This document shows, one piece after another, positions 1-13,487 of a stretch of DNA of 64,000 bases. The notes below the pieces were generated by a model that ran no database searches, was not told the DNA's origin, and worked only from the letters and a program-made list of their open reading frames with translations. Origin of the DNA: Octopus vulgaris (lineage: Eukaryota). The stretch's first letter is position 1; the number at the start of each line of letters is the position of its first letter. Position numbers and translations under genes: made by a program. The stretch covers positions 66,712,001 to 66,776,000 of the forward strand of contig OX597823.1 of the NCBI GenBank assembly GCA_951406725.2, read 5' to 3'.

Positions 1-175
1 GAAAACTGCAGGGCAAAGAAAATAGTTCATTTGCCAAGTACACGAACAGTAAATAATCTATTCTAGTCTCTATAATTGAGTGTTCTGATCACTCAAATGT
101 ATACATGATTTACTTTTCTTCAAATTCCCATTCATTTGCTTTCTTTGCTTTTGTTTACTTTATTTTCTACACTTT

Positions 176-463
176 CTATTTCACTTTCAAACGTCTTAAG
201 TTACAGTGACTGATTGTAATACCAAAATAAATATGTTCGTGTATGGAAACAAACACAGACACACATACACACACACACATACACACACACACACACATAT
301 ATATATATGTATCTATGTATATATATGCGTATGTATATATATATATATACATGTATGTACACATATATGTATGTTGATGTATATATGCATATATATATAT
401 ATATATATTTATATACATATATGTATATATATTTCTATATATATACATATGTATATATGTGAT

Positions 464-497
<34 letters not shown>

Positions 498-600
498 ATG
501 TGCATATGTACATATGTGTATGCATATATGTGTTTATGTGCATACACGTGTGTGTGTGTGTGTGTGTGTGTGAGTGTGTGTGTACCTGTTTATATGCATT
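176..600. repeat. Compound (CA)n/(TA)n/(TG)n microsatellite
   Basis: Direct dinucleotide runs; source of the YI/HT/VC pseudo-ORFs. Confidence 0.95.
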
Positions 601-1094
601 TGTACGAACACTGAAAAACAAGTGCAAATGAAAGCAATCAAATAACAGCACAATAAAGTAAATGGTTTATTTACCAAGCTTATACCTACTTATATATTTA
701 CGCACACGCGTGCGGTTTGATGCGTGCACACGCTTGCGCATAGAAGCGCACACATGTATAAGTGTATACGTACATAGAGATACAATACAATGAGACACTC
801 ACACACACAGACATATTTGTTTATTATGATTAGGTGTCTTACAACACCAGTCATGTTTCATTCTCCTTAGAAATTGTTCAAGAATCAGTTACGTTCAAAG
901 GTGAACAAAACACGAGTGGAGTAGTTGTGTTGTTAGAGGCACTCATAGTATGCTAATATTTTCAGCTGTATTGTATTGCATATCTTGACTAAAGTCGTGG
1001 TTTTATCATCCCTCAATACGCACATACATGTGTATGTGTATATACGGGAGTCCGTATATATAGGCGTACTTACATACATGTACTTATGTGTAAT

Positions 1095-1149
<55 letters not shown>

Positions 1150-1319
1150 ATAGATATATATATTATATATACATACACTTACACACATTCATATGCACAC
1201 ACTCTTTCCTGATACACACACACACATATATATATATATGTGTATGTGTGCGTGTATATATATAAGTGTGTGTGTGCATGTGCACGTATATATATATGAA
1301 TGTGTATAGGTAGAGAGAT

Positions 1320-1505
<186 letters not shown>

Positions 1506-1789
1506 AGGTAAATCATTATAGTGAGCACATAAAACTATGAGAATCGAATCACCGATGTACATATTCATTCTTAATGCGTTCCGGTAGATTTGTCGTTTAT
1601 ATGCTTATCGTTGTTGCATTTGATGTTCCTGGAATACTTCAATTCAGACGATGTGTATTGTCAACACGCTGCACTGATTAACCTCTAAGTATTTTGAGAC
1701 ACCTGTGTTTCGACATGATTTTCACTTCAGTCAAAACAATTCACGGATTAAATTAATACATGTCTATTTAGATTGTTTAGATCTGTTTC

Positions 1790-2500
1790 TTTAGCTGTAC
1801 ATGAACTGCTGTAAGTAATAAAATCATTAGCACTTTAAAAATTGTTGTTTCCCTTGATAAGGCTCCGGAACATTTTTCTGATAGTCTTTAACAGTCATAG
1901 AGTTACAGTGAAAATTCATTGTTATTTTGTATTCCATATTTTCCAAATTTAAGAATTCGGTCAGCTGCTTTGACTTCCACAGAGATGTTTCTTTCAGAAG
2001 GTATTGCAGTGTAAATAAATATACACTTCTTGTCCTCAAGTCTTTGATAACGATGACACACTTGTTGTATTTTATCTCGCTGTCACTCTATAGTATCACC
2101 ATTGCTGTCAATGACCATGTTTGACTGTTGTTCATACCACATCTTAGTTGCATTGGTTTTATTACATCATCAGATGTTCTAAAACAGGTACAAAACTGCT
2201 TCCGTATGGGTGTGGATTCATTCCTTCTTTTCAGTCCCACGCATCCCGAGACAAACTACTCGATGGTCTCTTCATATATTCTAGAGATTCTGCATTCACT
2301 ATCTAGAGACATCATTCGTAATTGAATGATTATAGGATCTGATTGCAAAACTCATATACTTTGCGGTAAAAATCATATCTGCCACCACCGAATTCAGTCC
2401 ACAATTCTTGAGTCCCAAGTGTAGACTTAGTCTACACTTGCTTCCTACATCAGTTTTAAATGAATCTTCCATGATATTTTTCCAAATACTCCGCTAATTC
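1790..2500 (-). mobile_element. Decayed R4/Dong-like RLE non-LTR retrotransposon 3' fragment
   Basis: Minus-strand peptides ECRISRIYEETIE*FVSGC, KMWYEQQ and IVIKDLRTRSVYLF..AIPSERNISV are colinear with the intact copy at 14721; degenerate (ATT)n at its 5' side (~2510-2575). Confidence 0.7.
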
Positions 2501-2729
2501 AGCATCGAAATTATTGTAGTTACTACTATTGCTTTTCTTTCATTATTTTCTTATTATCCAGACCATTATTATTGTAATGTGTGTATGTATAAAGATATGT
2601 GTAGAGGTATGTTCATGAAAGAATAAAAAATAAAACTCAAAATACGATTATGTGTTAATTTTTGTTAATATTCTGTCTCAGTACTTTATGCCCAATGTTT
2701 CGTGCGTTGACATTTTGATGTGCGCATCT

Positions 2730-2739
2730 CTCTACCTAC

Positions 2740-2825
<86 letters not shown>

Positions 2826-2860
2826 ATCTATCTTTCTATCTATCTATCTATCTCTCTATT

Positions 2861-2893
<33 letters not shown>

Positions 2894-2911
2894 ATCTATC
2901 TATCTCTCTAT

Positions 2912-2943
<32 letters not shown>

Positions 2944-2954
2944 ATATCTATATG

Positions 2955-2988
<34 letters not shown>

Positions 2989-3000
2989 TGTATATGTGTG

Positions 3001-3039
<39 letters not shown>

Positions 3040-3135
3040 TTACATTCATATATATATATATATGTATACATGTATGTATGTATGTATGTATGTATGTATG
3101 TATGTATGTATGCATGTATGTATTTATATATGTAT
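2730..3135. repeat. Compound (TCTA)n-(TA)n-(TATG)n microsatellite
   Basis: Direct repeats. Confidence 0.97.
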
Positions 3136-3486
3136 GTGCACGTACGACGGATATATACTCATATTGCTTTTGTCGGTCCAGAGATATACTAAGAAACACT
3201 AGCCGAAGATGACGCGTCGTGCGATCGAATCCGGCTAGAGAGTAAGTCTCCCAAAACACAGCTTCTCTTATATTCAATTACTATTTATATGTGCATGTGT
3301 GTATGTGTGTGTGTTTGGGTGTATGTACAAAACGTGTGTGAGAAGGTCTGAAGTAGAAAAAAGAGAGAGAGAGATGGTAGGTAACCCCTTATGTTATTTT
3401 ATTTTTTACAGATCCGCTGTGATTGAAGCAAACAAATAAGCTACACGAGAACAACCACAGAGAACACATGCATGCTCGTCTATATA

Positions 3487-3738
3487 TTGGGTTGGTGCAT
3501 AATTATTGCGGCTTTAGTTCAACAAATTTTATTCGACAGAAGCAATAATAATATTTAATAAAAACATCTCAAAATGAAGATCTAACTGTCTGCCAAGCGA
3601 AAATGGGAAGCAGTAATTGAAGTAGATGGTCAATATGCTCCAGAATAATCATTTAAAGATGCTTTTGTTAAATATTGTCATTGTTTTTGTTGAATAAAAT
3701 TTGTTGAAAAAAGCCGCAATAATTATGCACCAACCCAG
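3487..3738 (+). mobile_element. Mariner-derived MITE (internally deleted)
   Basis: TA target duplications; TIR TTGGGTTGGTGCATAATTATTGCGGCTTT / AAAGCCGCAATAATTATGCACCAACCCAG extending imperfectly to ~80 bp; interior keeps transposase C-terminus KWEAVIEVDGQYAPE*. Confidence 0.9.
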
Positions 3739-4475
3739 TACATACATACAAACATATATATATGCTCATGCACACATATAGTACGTTTCTATTTGTTTGA
3801 CCTCAGATGGAACAGACCAATGATTATGAGCGATACAGCCTACGCAGTAGCAGACTGTGATTTCGTATATGATGGACTACATTATTCTATTAGCTTTAGC
3901 AATAAAGTGTTATTTTTAAGAAGATATAAGCTCTTATTTTCGAGCAGGCTGGACGTGTATTTGAATAACGAAATATTTCTTCTATTAGTTTTCCGGCTGA
4001 CGTAGTTGACACATTATGCAACTTCATATGTCAGTGTCTTTTCCACCTGCATCTCAGCATTATATTTACAATCTAGTTACGTAGGCGTTAATAAATTCGA
4101 ATTTGCGAACCAAAAACATGTTTAATCAATAAGAGTATAAATGCATTAACATCACGCGCTTAGAATGGTGTTGTAGTTTGATCTACTGCGTGAGAATTTT
4201 CCATTCAATAAAATGGAATATTGATGAATTTCAGTGGTCTGTTTCGAGGTACCGACTTAGGCCTAGATTTAGAAATGCAATCTCAGTATGTAGACGTACA
4301 TACGTCACACGACGCGCAGTCTCACATACACAAATACATACACAGATACACACATTACACATTATATATGTGCACATATATATATATATATAAAGACAGA
4401 TACTTGTGTATGTATATATATATATATATATATGTGAGTGTGTGTGTGTGTGTGTGTGTGTATACACATACACAC

Positions 4476-4514
<39 letters not shown>

Positions 4515-4651
4515 TTTTAACTAGTTTCAGCTCAGAGCTGCGGCCATGCTGATAATGAGTGTGTGTGTGTGTTTCATAATATAAATACATGTGTATTGTT
4601 GGCGATTACTTTTCCTCCGTCGGCCTTTTCTCTCGGCTTACCTGTGTCTCT

Positions 4652-4688
4652 TGTTTCTGAAGAAGGGTTTTCCTCGAAACGTAAAACA
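4652..4688 (+). ncRNA. Minimal type I hammerhead ribozyme motif (Penelope-type) within a ~220 bp repeat (~4572-4790)
   Basis: TGTTT-CTGAAGA-A-GGGTTTTCCTC-GAAA-CG-TA-AAACA: intact core, stem I TGTTT/AAACA, palindromic ACGT stem III, GUA cleavage triplet. Confidence 0.6.
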
Positions 4689-4795
4689 CCCTTTCTTTCC
4701 TTCCTTGAGCGTCTTTTAATACATTGCATTACTACATCCTCGCGTTATTGTTTTTTCCTTGTGTTTTTCCTTCGTTTATTATTAACTATACATAT

Positions 4796-4857
<62 letters not shown>

Positions 4858-4860
<3 letters not shown>

Positions 4861-5108
4861 GGCACGTGGTTTAGTGGATAGGGTATTGGACTCATGATCG
4901 TAAGATTGGGTTTTGATTACTGAACCAGGGGGCACGTTGTGTTCTTGAACAAAGCAATTCACTTCAAGTTGGTCCAGACTACTCAGCTGGAACAAGTGAG
5001 TAAACCTTTGACGGACTGACGTCACGTCTAGGTCGAGTACATATACCCTATAGAAACTGGGACACCGGCTCTGTGGGTCTACCTTACTCGGAAGGAACTT
5101 TACTTAAC
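4858..5108 (+). mobile_element. tRNA-derived SINE, family D
   Basis: A-box-like TGGTTTAGTGG, degenerate B box, GTTGTGTTCTTGAACAAAGCA core; relatives at ~31529 and ~32440. Confidence 0.75.
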
Positions 5109-5139
5109 TTTTTATATATCATTTTTCATTTATAATTGT

Positions 5140-5428
5140 TTCTGTTATTTGGCTGCTGCCGTTATGTCCAGGAAACGCTATAAAGCGTTTAGTAGAGAAA
5201 GCTGTTCCAAGCAGTTTTTTAAAAACTTGAACGCAATTTATCGGACCCTGTAACCGAACCGCTAGATTCCAGGAACGTACACTTATGGTTACCGGCTACC
5301 AAGGGGTGGCTGACCGTTGGCCATAATAGACAGCACTTGCCCAAGATGCTGCACAATGGTACCGAACACGAAATAACACATTTGCAAAGTGATCTTCTTA
5401 AGCACATACAGCCATATCTGCACCTATA
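5140..5428 (-). mobile_element. Degenerate family A-related SINE
   Basis: CACTTGCCCAAGATGCTGCAC core and head remnants on the minus strand. Confidence 0.6.
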
Positions 5429-5759
5429 CATATATCCGTATATGCATTCTTCCATGCATACATTTATCTTTCCCTTCCTTTTCGTACATGTCCAAATCTT
5501 ATGTACCCTGGATGTAAGGTCAGAAATTTGTCCTTTGCTGGTGGCGGTTATTCAGTGAGAAGCATTGATACATGGCGGTGCTTTTATCTCAAGATAATAA
5601 GCCTAGCATTTCTTTAGTGATATATCAACTCTGTAGAAGTTTTGAAACTTAAGATTATGTTGCCTTCACTAGTAGAGTTAGTCTTAATTTGCCATTTGGT
5701 AATTTTGATATATATATACTTTGGAGGTGATGCTAGTTTTCGAAAGAATTAAGAACATA

Positions 5760-6182
5760 GGTGCAGGAGTGGTTGCGTGGTAAGTAGGTTGCTTACCAGC
5801 CACATGGTTCCGGGTTCAGTCCCACTGCGTGGCACTTTGGGCATATGTCTTCTACTATAGCCTCGGGCCGACCAAAGCCTTGTGAGTTGATTTGGTAGAC
5901 GGAAACTTAAAGAAGCCCGTCGCATATATGTATATGTATATATATGGTTGTGTGTGTGTGTGTGTGACTATGTTTGTCCCCCCCCCCCAACATCGCTTGA
6001 CAACCGATGATGGTGTGTTTACGTCCCTGTAACTTAGCAGTTTGGCCAAAGAGACCTATAGAATAAGTACTAGGCTTACAAAGTATAAGTACTGGGGTCG
6101 ATTTACTCATTTACTCGACTAAATCTGGTGCTCCAGCATGGCCACAGTCAAATGACTGAAACAAGTAAAAGACTAAAAGAGA
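5760..6182 (+). mobile_element. tRNA-derived CORE-type SINE, family A, full length
   Basis: tRNA-like head TGGTAAGTAG..GGTTCAGTCCC, TTGGGCA core, internal (TA)/(TG) microsatellite, tail CAGCATGGCCACAGTCAAATGACTGAAACAAGTAAAAGA; matches many copies in the window. Confidence 0.92.
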
Positions 6183-6274
6183 ACATATACCAGCATTTAT
6201 CAATGTCATTCATAACTGCTCGAATTATTTCTCTTCTGCCCCCACACTACACAGATACTCGTGTGCATATATGC

Positions 6275-6311
<37 letters not shown>

Positions 6312-6474
6312 GTGAGGAATTGATGGTGAATACGTCGAAAGAATTGAAGTAATGAATAAACATTCTGGTACCTACCATCTTCTGACTCTCTCATCAATCA
6401 AATACCCAACGAACACTATGAAAGTGAATAGGCTTTACTGGTACGTTACCAAGAGTATTCCATACGATTTATTA

Positions 6475-6545
<71 letters not shown>

Positions 6546-6907
6546 CATACACGTATATGTGTATATATATATGTATATATATACATACATATATATATAT
6601 ATATATATGAAAGTATGTATGTATGTATGTATGTATGTATGTATGTATGTATGTATGTATGGATGTATGTATGTATGTATGTATGTATGTATATATGTAT
6701 GTATGTATGTATGTGAGTGTGTGTTTGTGTGTATGTATACATATGTGTATGTTATATTCGGGGTATATTTTAACATTTCTTCAGCTGCAGAATTCATGCC
6801 GGTTACTAACAAAGTCGCTAGGTTGTTTTGTTGTTTTTTTTTGGGGGGGAGGAGTAAGACCGCTTGTGTTTGTGGTCACGTGAATTGGTTGCTATATACT
6901 AATACAA

Positions 6908-7108
6908 GGCAGCGAACTGGCAGACTCGTTAGCACGCCGGGCGAAATGCGTTGCCGTATTTCGTCTGCCGTTACGTTCTGAGTTCAAATTCCGCCGAGGT
7001 CGACTTTGCCTTTGATCCTTTCGGGGTCGATAAATTAAGTACCAGTTACGCCCTGTGGTCGATGTAATCGACAAAATCCGTCTGTCCCTTGTGGGCAGTA
7101 GTGAAATA
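6908..7108 (+). mobile_element. SINE family B
   Basis: TGGCAGACTCGTTAG head, B box GAGTTCAAATTCC, central GTCGACTTTGCCTTTGATCCTTTCGGGGTCGATAAA. Confidence 0.9.
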
Positions 7109-7251
7109 CATATACTAATACATATATTTGAATGTATATGTATTCCATATAATGTTATTTTGTATTTAATGATCAGCAAAGAACCTTAATTGTTCAATCC
7201 CTGAATTGTTTTACAAATTTTCTCCCTGCCCCCTTGCGATTGTTTCTGCAG

Positions 7252-7448
7252 AATGGGAATGTGTTTATTGCTCCGCAGAAACCATATATACTCCAGTTTC
7301 CACTCAGATCTGTTGTCACGTCACCCGGTACATTTATTATAACAGGAACAGTTAAAAATCTGTAGCTTGTTCTTATTTCTTTCAAACTTCAGAAAGGCAT
7401 TCCTATCCCATGTTCAATAATCTTTCCTCATTTAAGTACCAAATATGA
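7252..7448 (+). CDS. Candidate terminal coding exons (7252-7327 and 7393 onward) of an unidentified gene
   Basis: Pyrimidine-rich acceptor ...TGTTTCTGCAG, 65 bp GT..AG intron with its own pyrimidine tract; one reading NGNVFIAPQKPYILQFPLRSVVTSPERHSYPMFNNLSSFKYQI*; frame not determinable. Confidence 0.33.
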
Positions 7449-7879
7449 GCACTTTTCCTCACCGGAATACATTGCATTGTCCCGTGAGATGTTCCAAACA
7501 GATGTATCTGCCTCTTGCTGAAATATATATTCATATACTTTTGTATAAGCGTACATACAGATTCTTTTTTTAATTTTATCTTTCTCAGTAGTATTTTCGT
7601 ACCTATTACACTTTACTTTTTGTCATATCTACATCTCTATCTGCCCACTCACTCTACATACACACGAACACCAAAAAGTGTTTGTACTGAAATTTATATT
7701 GAGGTGTGAAAGAAGTATTTAACTTCCCATTTGTTCATTACTTGTTTGCCATAATACACATACACAAAACGCACAAACACGCACACACACACATACACAT
7801 ACGCACAGTCACACATAATGTATATATACACACACACGCATTCAAACTATACATAAAAGTACATACGCGTACATATTTG

Positions 7880-10300
7880 TTTGTGTGAAGGAAATAAGTT
7901 TTCTTTTAGAAATGTATTTTCACAAAACACGAACGTACTGTTGTTATCTTCAATATTTTAATTGTTTTATTCTCACATTATTCTTTAAATTCTGTTTGGA
8001 TCTGTTAAATTTCCAGATCAATCAACATTACTTTTATCGATTTTTTTTGTTGGTAGAATTTGTTAATATTGTGTTATATTCCACAGGAATTGATGGTGTG
8101 CTAATGATGTCATTATCGCTGGATTTTACTTGTTTTTAATGTTAACAGGTTTCTTTCAGCTAAGAAATAAAGGTATATTTTTTTACCTAAGGTTTTCTTT
8201 CTTTTCCTACTATATTCTGCTATGAATAAACGAAAAAGATTACAATTTTAGTTTTTACTTTATATGATCCAATTCTGTACTTCAACAAAGATTATTTTGT
8301 ATAGCTTTATATTTAGTGTTGAGTGGTGTAATGTGTTGGAGTGTCTACCTCTTTAAAAGGCATACTCAGCCAACGAACACGTTCTTGTAAGGGCACGCAT
8401 TTTACAACATTCATATGTGCAAACTAATTTGTAAAATATATCAGCCATTTAAGGTTTTGATGCTTGTAGAAAATCTATTTAACACGGTGTTGTTGTTTTT
8501 TAATCTGTTGGTAATGCTACTTCAAGACGGAATGTTATGCTTTATGCAATTACAATAACAGTGTTAAATCAAAAGTCATTTTAGTTCATGAAGTACATTT
8601 TATATGCCTTTTGGTTTGTTTTTACTCAACCAAATTCACAGAATTGAATTTATTTTAAAAAAATTGTTTCACTTTTATGTTGTACATTTACATTTATTTT
8701 ACTTTATAATAGCGTATTTGTAGTCACTAAATAAATATACATAATTTGTTTGTACTCTCTCGATGTTTTTACTGCTTCCTTTGAGGAATAATCTCTATAA
8801 ATTTCTTCAACGTATCAGATTTTACTTTTATATACATGAAAACATTTACTGCTATGATACATGTATATGTCGTTCATAGTATATGTTATCTAAAGTGACA
8901 AGTTATTCCCTGTGTTTTCTTCTTACATATTTACATCAAGAATTATCGTGTGGCTTGAATTTTTACTTTGAGTCATCTAGTTATTAAAGATAGCTACAGA
9001 GTTATTTATCAAGGAGATTTTAGCCTTGGGACTTGTTCCAAGAAATGCGCCATCAATGTGCTAAGTATGGCTTACGTTGTATTCTGGAAAAACTTCAATT
9101 TCAAAGCAACTCACACAATGCACGGCAAAAGAATGTTATCCTTCATATGTGTATGAATTGCTTTGTAGACAATTTTAAGTTGTAAAGATTCAGGAAGTGT
9201 TCTTAAGATGTTCACTTATGCGTGTTATTTTAATAGTGGATGTTATTAAATGCAATTCAGTATATTTCAATTTTCTTTTTCACCAAAAGTACATTGATAT
9301 GAATTCGTAATACTTCTAAGCTAAATTGCTGCATAAATTGTTTGTCTAATCTAAGATTTCTGCAGATTCTTCAGTTAAAGGAATGGTATAATTCTACTCT
9401 GTACATTGTTTAACTATGAAACTTAACTAATCTTCATTGTTAATCAGATTGTTTGGGAAATTATCGACTAAAGACCGTTATACAATCTCTTGAATTTTAT
9501 GTCTTCATCAATAAAACTAGGTAAATTATTTTGTTGTGACGTGGGGTACATTCTATTTTTGTCTATACTGTATAAATCTCAATTTATAATTGGATTGCAC
9601 CATTCGTAGACATTATCATAGATTTGCTGATTTCACATAAGAGATCGTAAATATGTTATAAAATACCGTCGTTATCTGTAATAACAAATAAATTGCTATG
9701 ATCGCATTTACTTATTACGATTTTATTATCGTGTTTTTAGATCGTACATAACTTGTTTGAGCTGCGGGTTAAGTACTTTTTTATGACTGTGCGAGTATAA
9801 TGTTTATTGCTTTTTTCCCTGGAGTTATTCTTCAATATTCTAGTTTATTTTTATAATGTAGATATAAGGATCTCTAAGCATTGGATATGTACTTCCAATT
9901 CGAATTATTTTCCGTTTCGAAAACATTTCTCATATAGTTTAAACTTAGTACCAAGATTGATTACTGATAATTTTTATAAACTGGGTATGTGATATAATAG
10001 TTTAATAAATCTTTTTTTCCTACGTTGGCATATATTATTTACAATTATAGATACTCCTTAAGTCTTTGCATTTGTGTTTTTAATCTGATTGAAAAAGATG
10101 CCTTTATATTACAATATGTGTGACAATATCAGTTGAGAAGTGTTACCTATAAACCTATTCATAAATATTCACTCTTTAGAAGTAGCATATGAAATATAGT
10201 CGTTCTATCAATTTTTATGTGCATATTTGACATTCAATTTATTTCTCTTATAATTCTATTGTCTGTTTTTGTTTATCAACAATAGCAGAAAGGGAAATAA
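7880..10300 (+). other. Putative long 3' UTR
   Basis: About 2.4 kb with no SINE or microsatellite, T/GT-rich on plus, several AATAAA (e.g. 10004-10009 followed by a T-rich tract). Confidence 0.4.
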
Positions 10301-11096
10301 AGAAAAGTTCTAGATTAGTTCCTATAACCATTCTAGGGTTTATGAAATAGAAGAAAAATTTGCAACTCTTGGGTTGGTGTAGTACAAAACAACGTATCTT
10401 TCTACGGTGATAACTCTAAACCTGAGTGGATACCATTCAATGAATGCAAAATGTATCTAGGTGGTCTAAAGCAACGGGAAGGATTACGTCCGCAACAAAA
10501 GGAAGGGTTAAATCCAACGAGTTTACGCCCAGATCCTGTGCACATGATTTCATACACTTGACTTTGTTTAACGCACGGAACAATGAGGCACTTTTTATGA
10601 GATTATATAGAAAATAAACCTGTTTACAAACAAACATTACAAAAGTGCCTACCCTGCTTTGAAGCTATAGATTCGCCGTAATCCAATTTATGAGAAAACG
10701 TGCTTCATTCAGGTATTTAATAATATATCAGCCAAGTACTATGCTACAATGTGTATGTGTATGTGTGTGGTGTGTGCGTGCATGTGTGTATGTTTTTTGT
10801 TCGTTTGATTGGTGTGTGTGTGAGAGTTAGTATGGATCGTTTCTGTTTGGCGGCCACTTTTCAATTTCTTCAATTTATGTTCAAACTGATTTCATATTTT
10901 GTGTAACGATGTAATTTGGTAAAATAATCATTTACATGATATTCATGTTTGCCATCTGGTCTGGTGCAGTCACGCCCAAAATCAAAGGTTTCAAATTTTA
11001 TTTCCCGACTGGGTAAACGTTTTTTAAACATGTGTTTGGAAAAAGTGAGATTCAGCATGGACATTTACATCAAAACACCAGATTTTACAATTTTAG

Positions 11097-11267
<171 letters not shown>

Positions 11268-11444
11268 ACATGTAGCTTCAAGATCCAAGGTTCAAGGTGT
11301 AGGAAGTTAGCAAGCTTCGAGCAGTCTGTGATAGGTGCAAAAACAACTTTAAGAAAATAAGAAAAAAAAAGGCATCGACAGGGCAATGCATACCCTGCGT
11401 GCAGGTTTTGCAAATTATACTGTGGCTTACAATGCGTTGTTTAC

Positions 11445-11510
11445 CCATGCTTTTTAGTTGAACTGAATTGATTTTTTCTTTTCAGTATCACCATTACAGT
11501 TATTTGTACT
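11445..11510 (-). CDS. Candidate 66 bp exon, juxtamembrane-like (VQITVMVILKRKNQFSSTKKH)
   Basis: Acceptor TTTCTCCATTTCATCAG, donor GG|GTAAAC; phase-compatible with 13037-13124. Confidence 0.22.
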
Positions 11511-11592
11511 CTGATGAAATGGAGAAATCGGTATGAAGAAATCAAATCCTAAATAGACGGAACCCTCCAATACGTTACTGGACGCATGCACG

Positions 11593-11648
<56 letters not shown>

Positions 11649-12745
11649 GTTACATATCTATGTATGTATATATGTAAGTATGTATGTACCTACACGTGTC
11701 TACGAGAATAAGGATACCATGACCAGTACACACATCGACGAGCGTCGATTCATATGAAAAAGAAAGGGAACAAAATAATATGCCCACTGTTTATAAGGAA
11801 GTTTGTAAGTTCGATTTCCTGCTTTTAAGATAATCAAACCAAATGTTCATCATTTCGAGCCAAATGAGTATTTCTGCCAAATGTGATAAAAATCCATTCT
11901 GCCATTTTCCAGTAACTTTGCAAACAAACAAAGACGAGTGATTACAATACCCTGCTTTCGCTTACTGTAATAATAGTTATTGACATAGAAGATTGTAGGC
12001 CTTGCCCATATCGAAGTTCGTTAAGCTGAAAAAAGTTATTTTATAGATCATTGTTAGCAACTAGGTTAGCATTAAATGCAAAACAAAATCCAAATTGGGG
12101 AAATGGAGCAGGTAAAATCCAGGCTATATATGTTTCGTAGCTAAGAGATCCTCAGAAGTAATAATTATCCACCATCTACTCATCAGACCGAAGATACCTT
12201 AGTTAAATAGAAGGTTACATTGTCGTTAAGGAATGCCAAGATAACACGCCGGAGGTATAATTTAAAATGAGTGCTGAAGCCGGATGAACAAAGAAAAAAA
12301 TGCAGAACGGAAGAACATATGTAGGATAAAATGTTTGGGAATAGAAAAGAAGGAAGAGGTAAAAAAAAGTAATGAGTGAGCAATTGTCTAAAGTTGTTAA
12401 GAATAAATAAAGAAGTGAGGGATGAAGGGGGGTTTTAGCCGCATGGATGCATATACATTTATAAACAATAAAAAAGAAAAGAAACAATTTTTAGAAGTGA
12501 AATGGTCAAGAATGAAAAGAATAAGAAAAGAAGAGGTTAAATATGTAGGAACACGAGTAAGATGGATTATCTAGGAATGAAGAGAAGAGGAGTGGAAAGA
12601 AAGAAACGAAACTGGGAAATACGTTTCAAGCCATTAGGGAAATATAATACTCGGGGTTGAATTGGCGGCTTGCTACTTAACAGTAAAACTACACATACGC
12701 ATATCTATCAATTTGTCTGTTTGTGTATCCATATATATTTACGTA

Positions 12746-12823
<78 letters not shown>

Positions 12824-13032
12824 GAGAGAAAGAGAGAGAGTGACAGATACATACTGCTGTATGGAATGGAATGTAACAAAGCCTTGAAGCTTTAGCTAAT
12901 TACAACTCATATTCTTGGATTAATCTAATAATAAATATTGAATACAAGAAAACTTCTTAGCAGTTCAAATGTGCTTAGGGCATAAGTGTATTTATACACA
13001 TTACCGTTTAGCAATTCCCTCCAGTATTATAT

Positions 13033-13124
13033 TTACGGCGAGCAACCTATTAGCACAACCAATATCAGTACAATGACAGGGATATAGTAAACGTTCGTTG
13101 TGTTCCCCTCTCCGGAGTCTGATG
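13033..13124 (-). CDS. Candidate exon encoding a transmembrane or GPI-signal segment
   Basis: Acceptor TATTTATTTACTCCTCAG; SDSGEGNTTNVYYIPVIVLILVVLIGCSP* with NTT sequon; possible donor GTAAAT overlapping the stop. Confidence 0.35.
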
Positions 13125-13217
13125 CTGAGGAGTAAATAAATAATCCAACATGCATACGTCCACGAGAAATTTCGAACTGACTTGGTATGCTTACACCACG
13201 TTCTTTGCACCTAGTGT

Positions 13218-13281
<64 letters not shown>

Positions 13282-13304
13282 GTATATAAATATATACACA
13301 CACA

Positions 13305-13393
13305 CACATAGGTGTATTCATTACAACCGTCAGACAAACGGGAACGTGAGACTCAGAGTAACAGCTCTGTGATAATCTTGCAGCTTTAATAAA

Positions 13394-13487
<94 letters not shown>

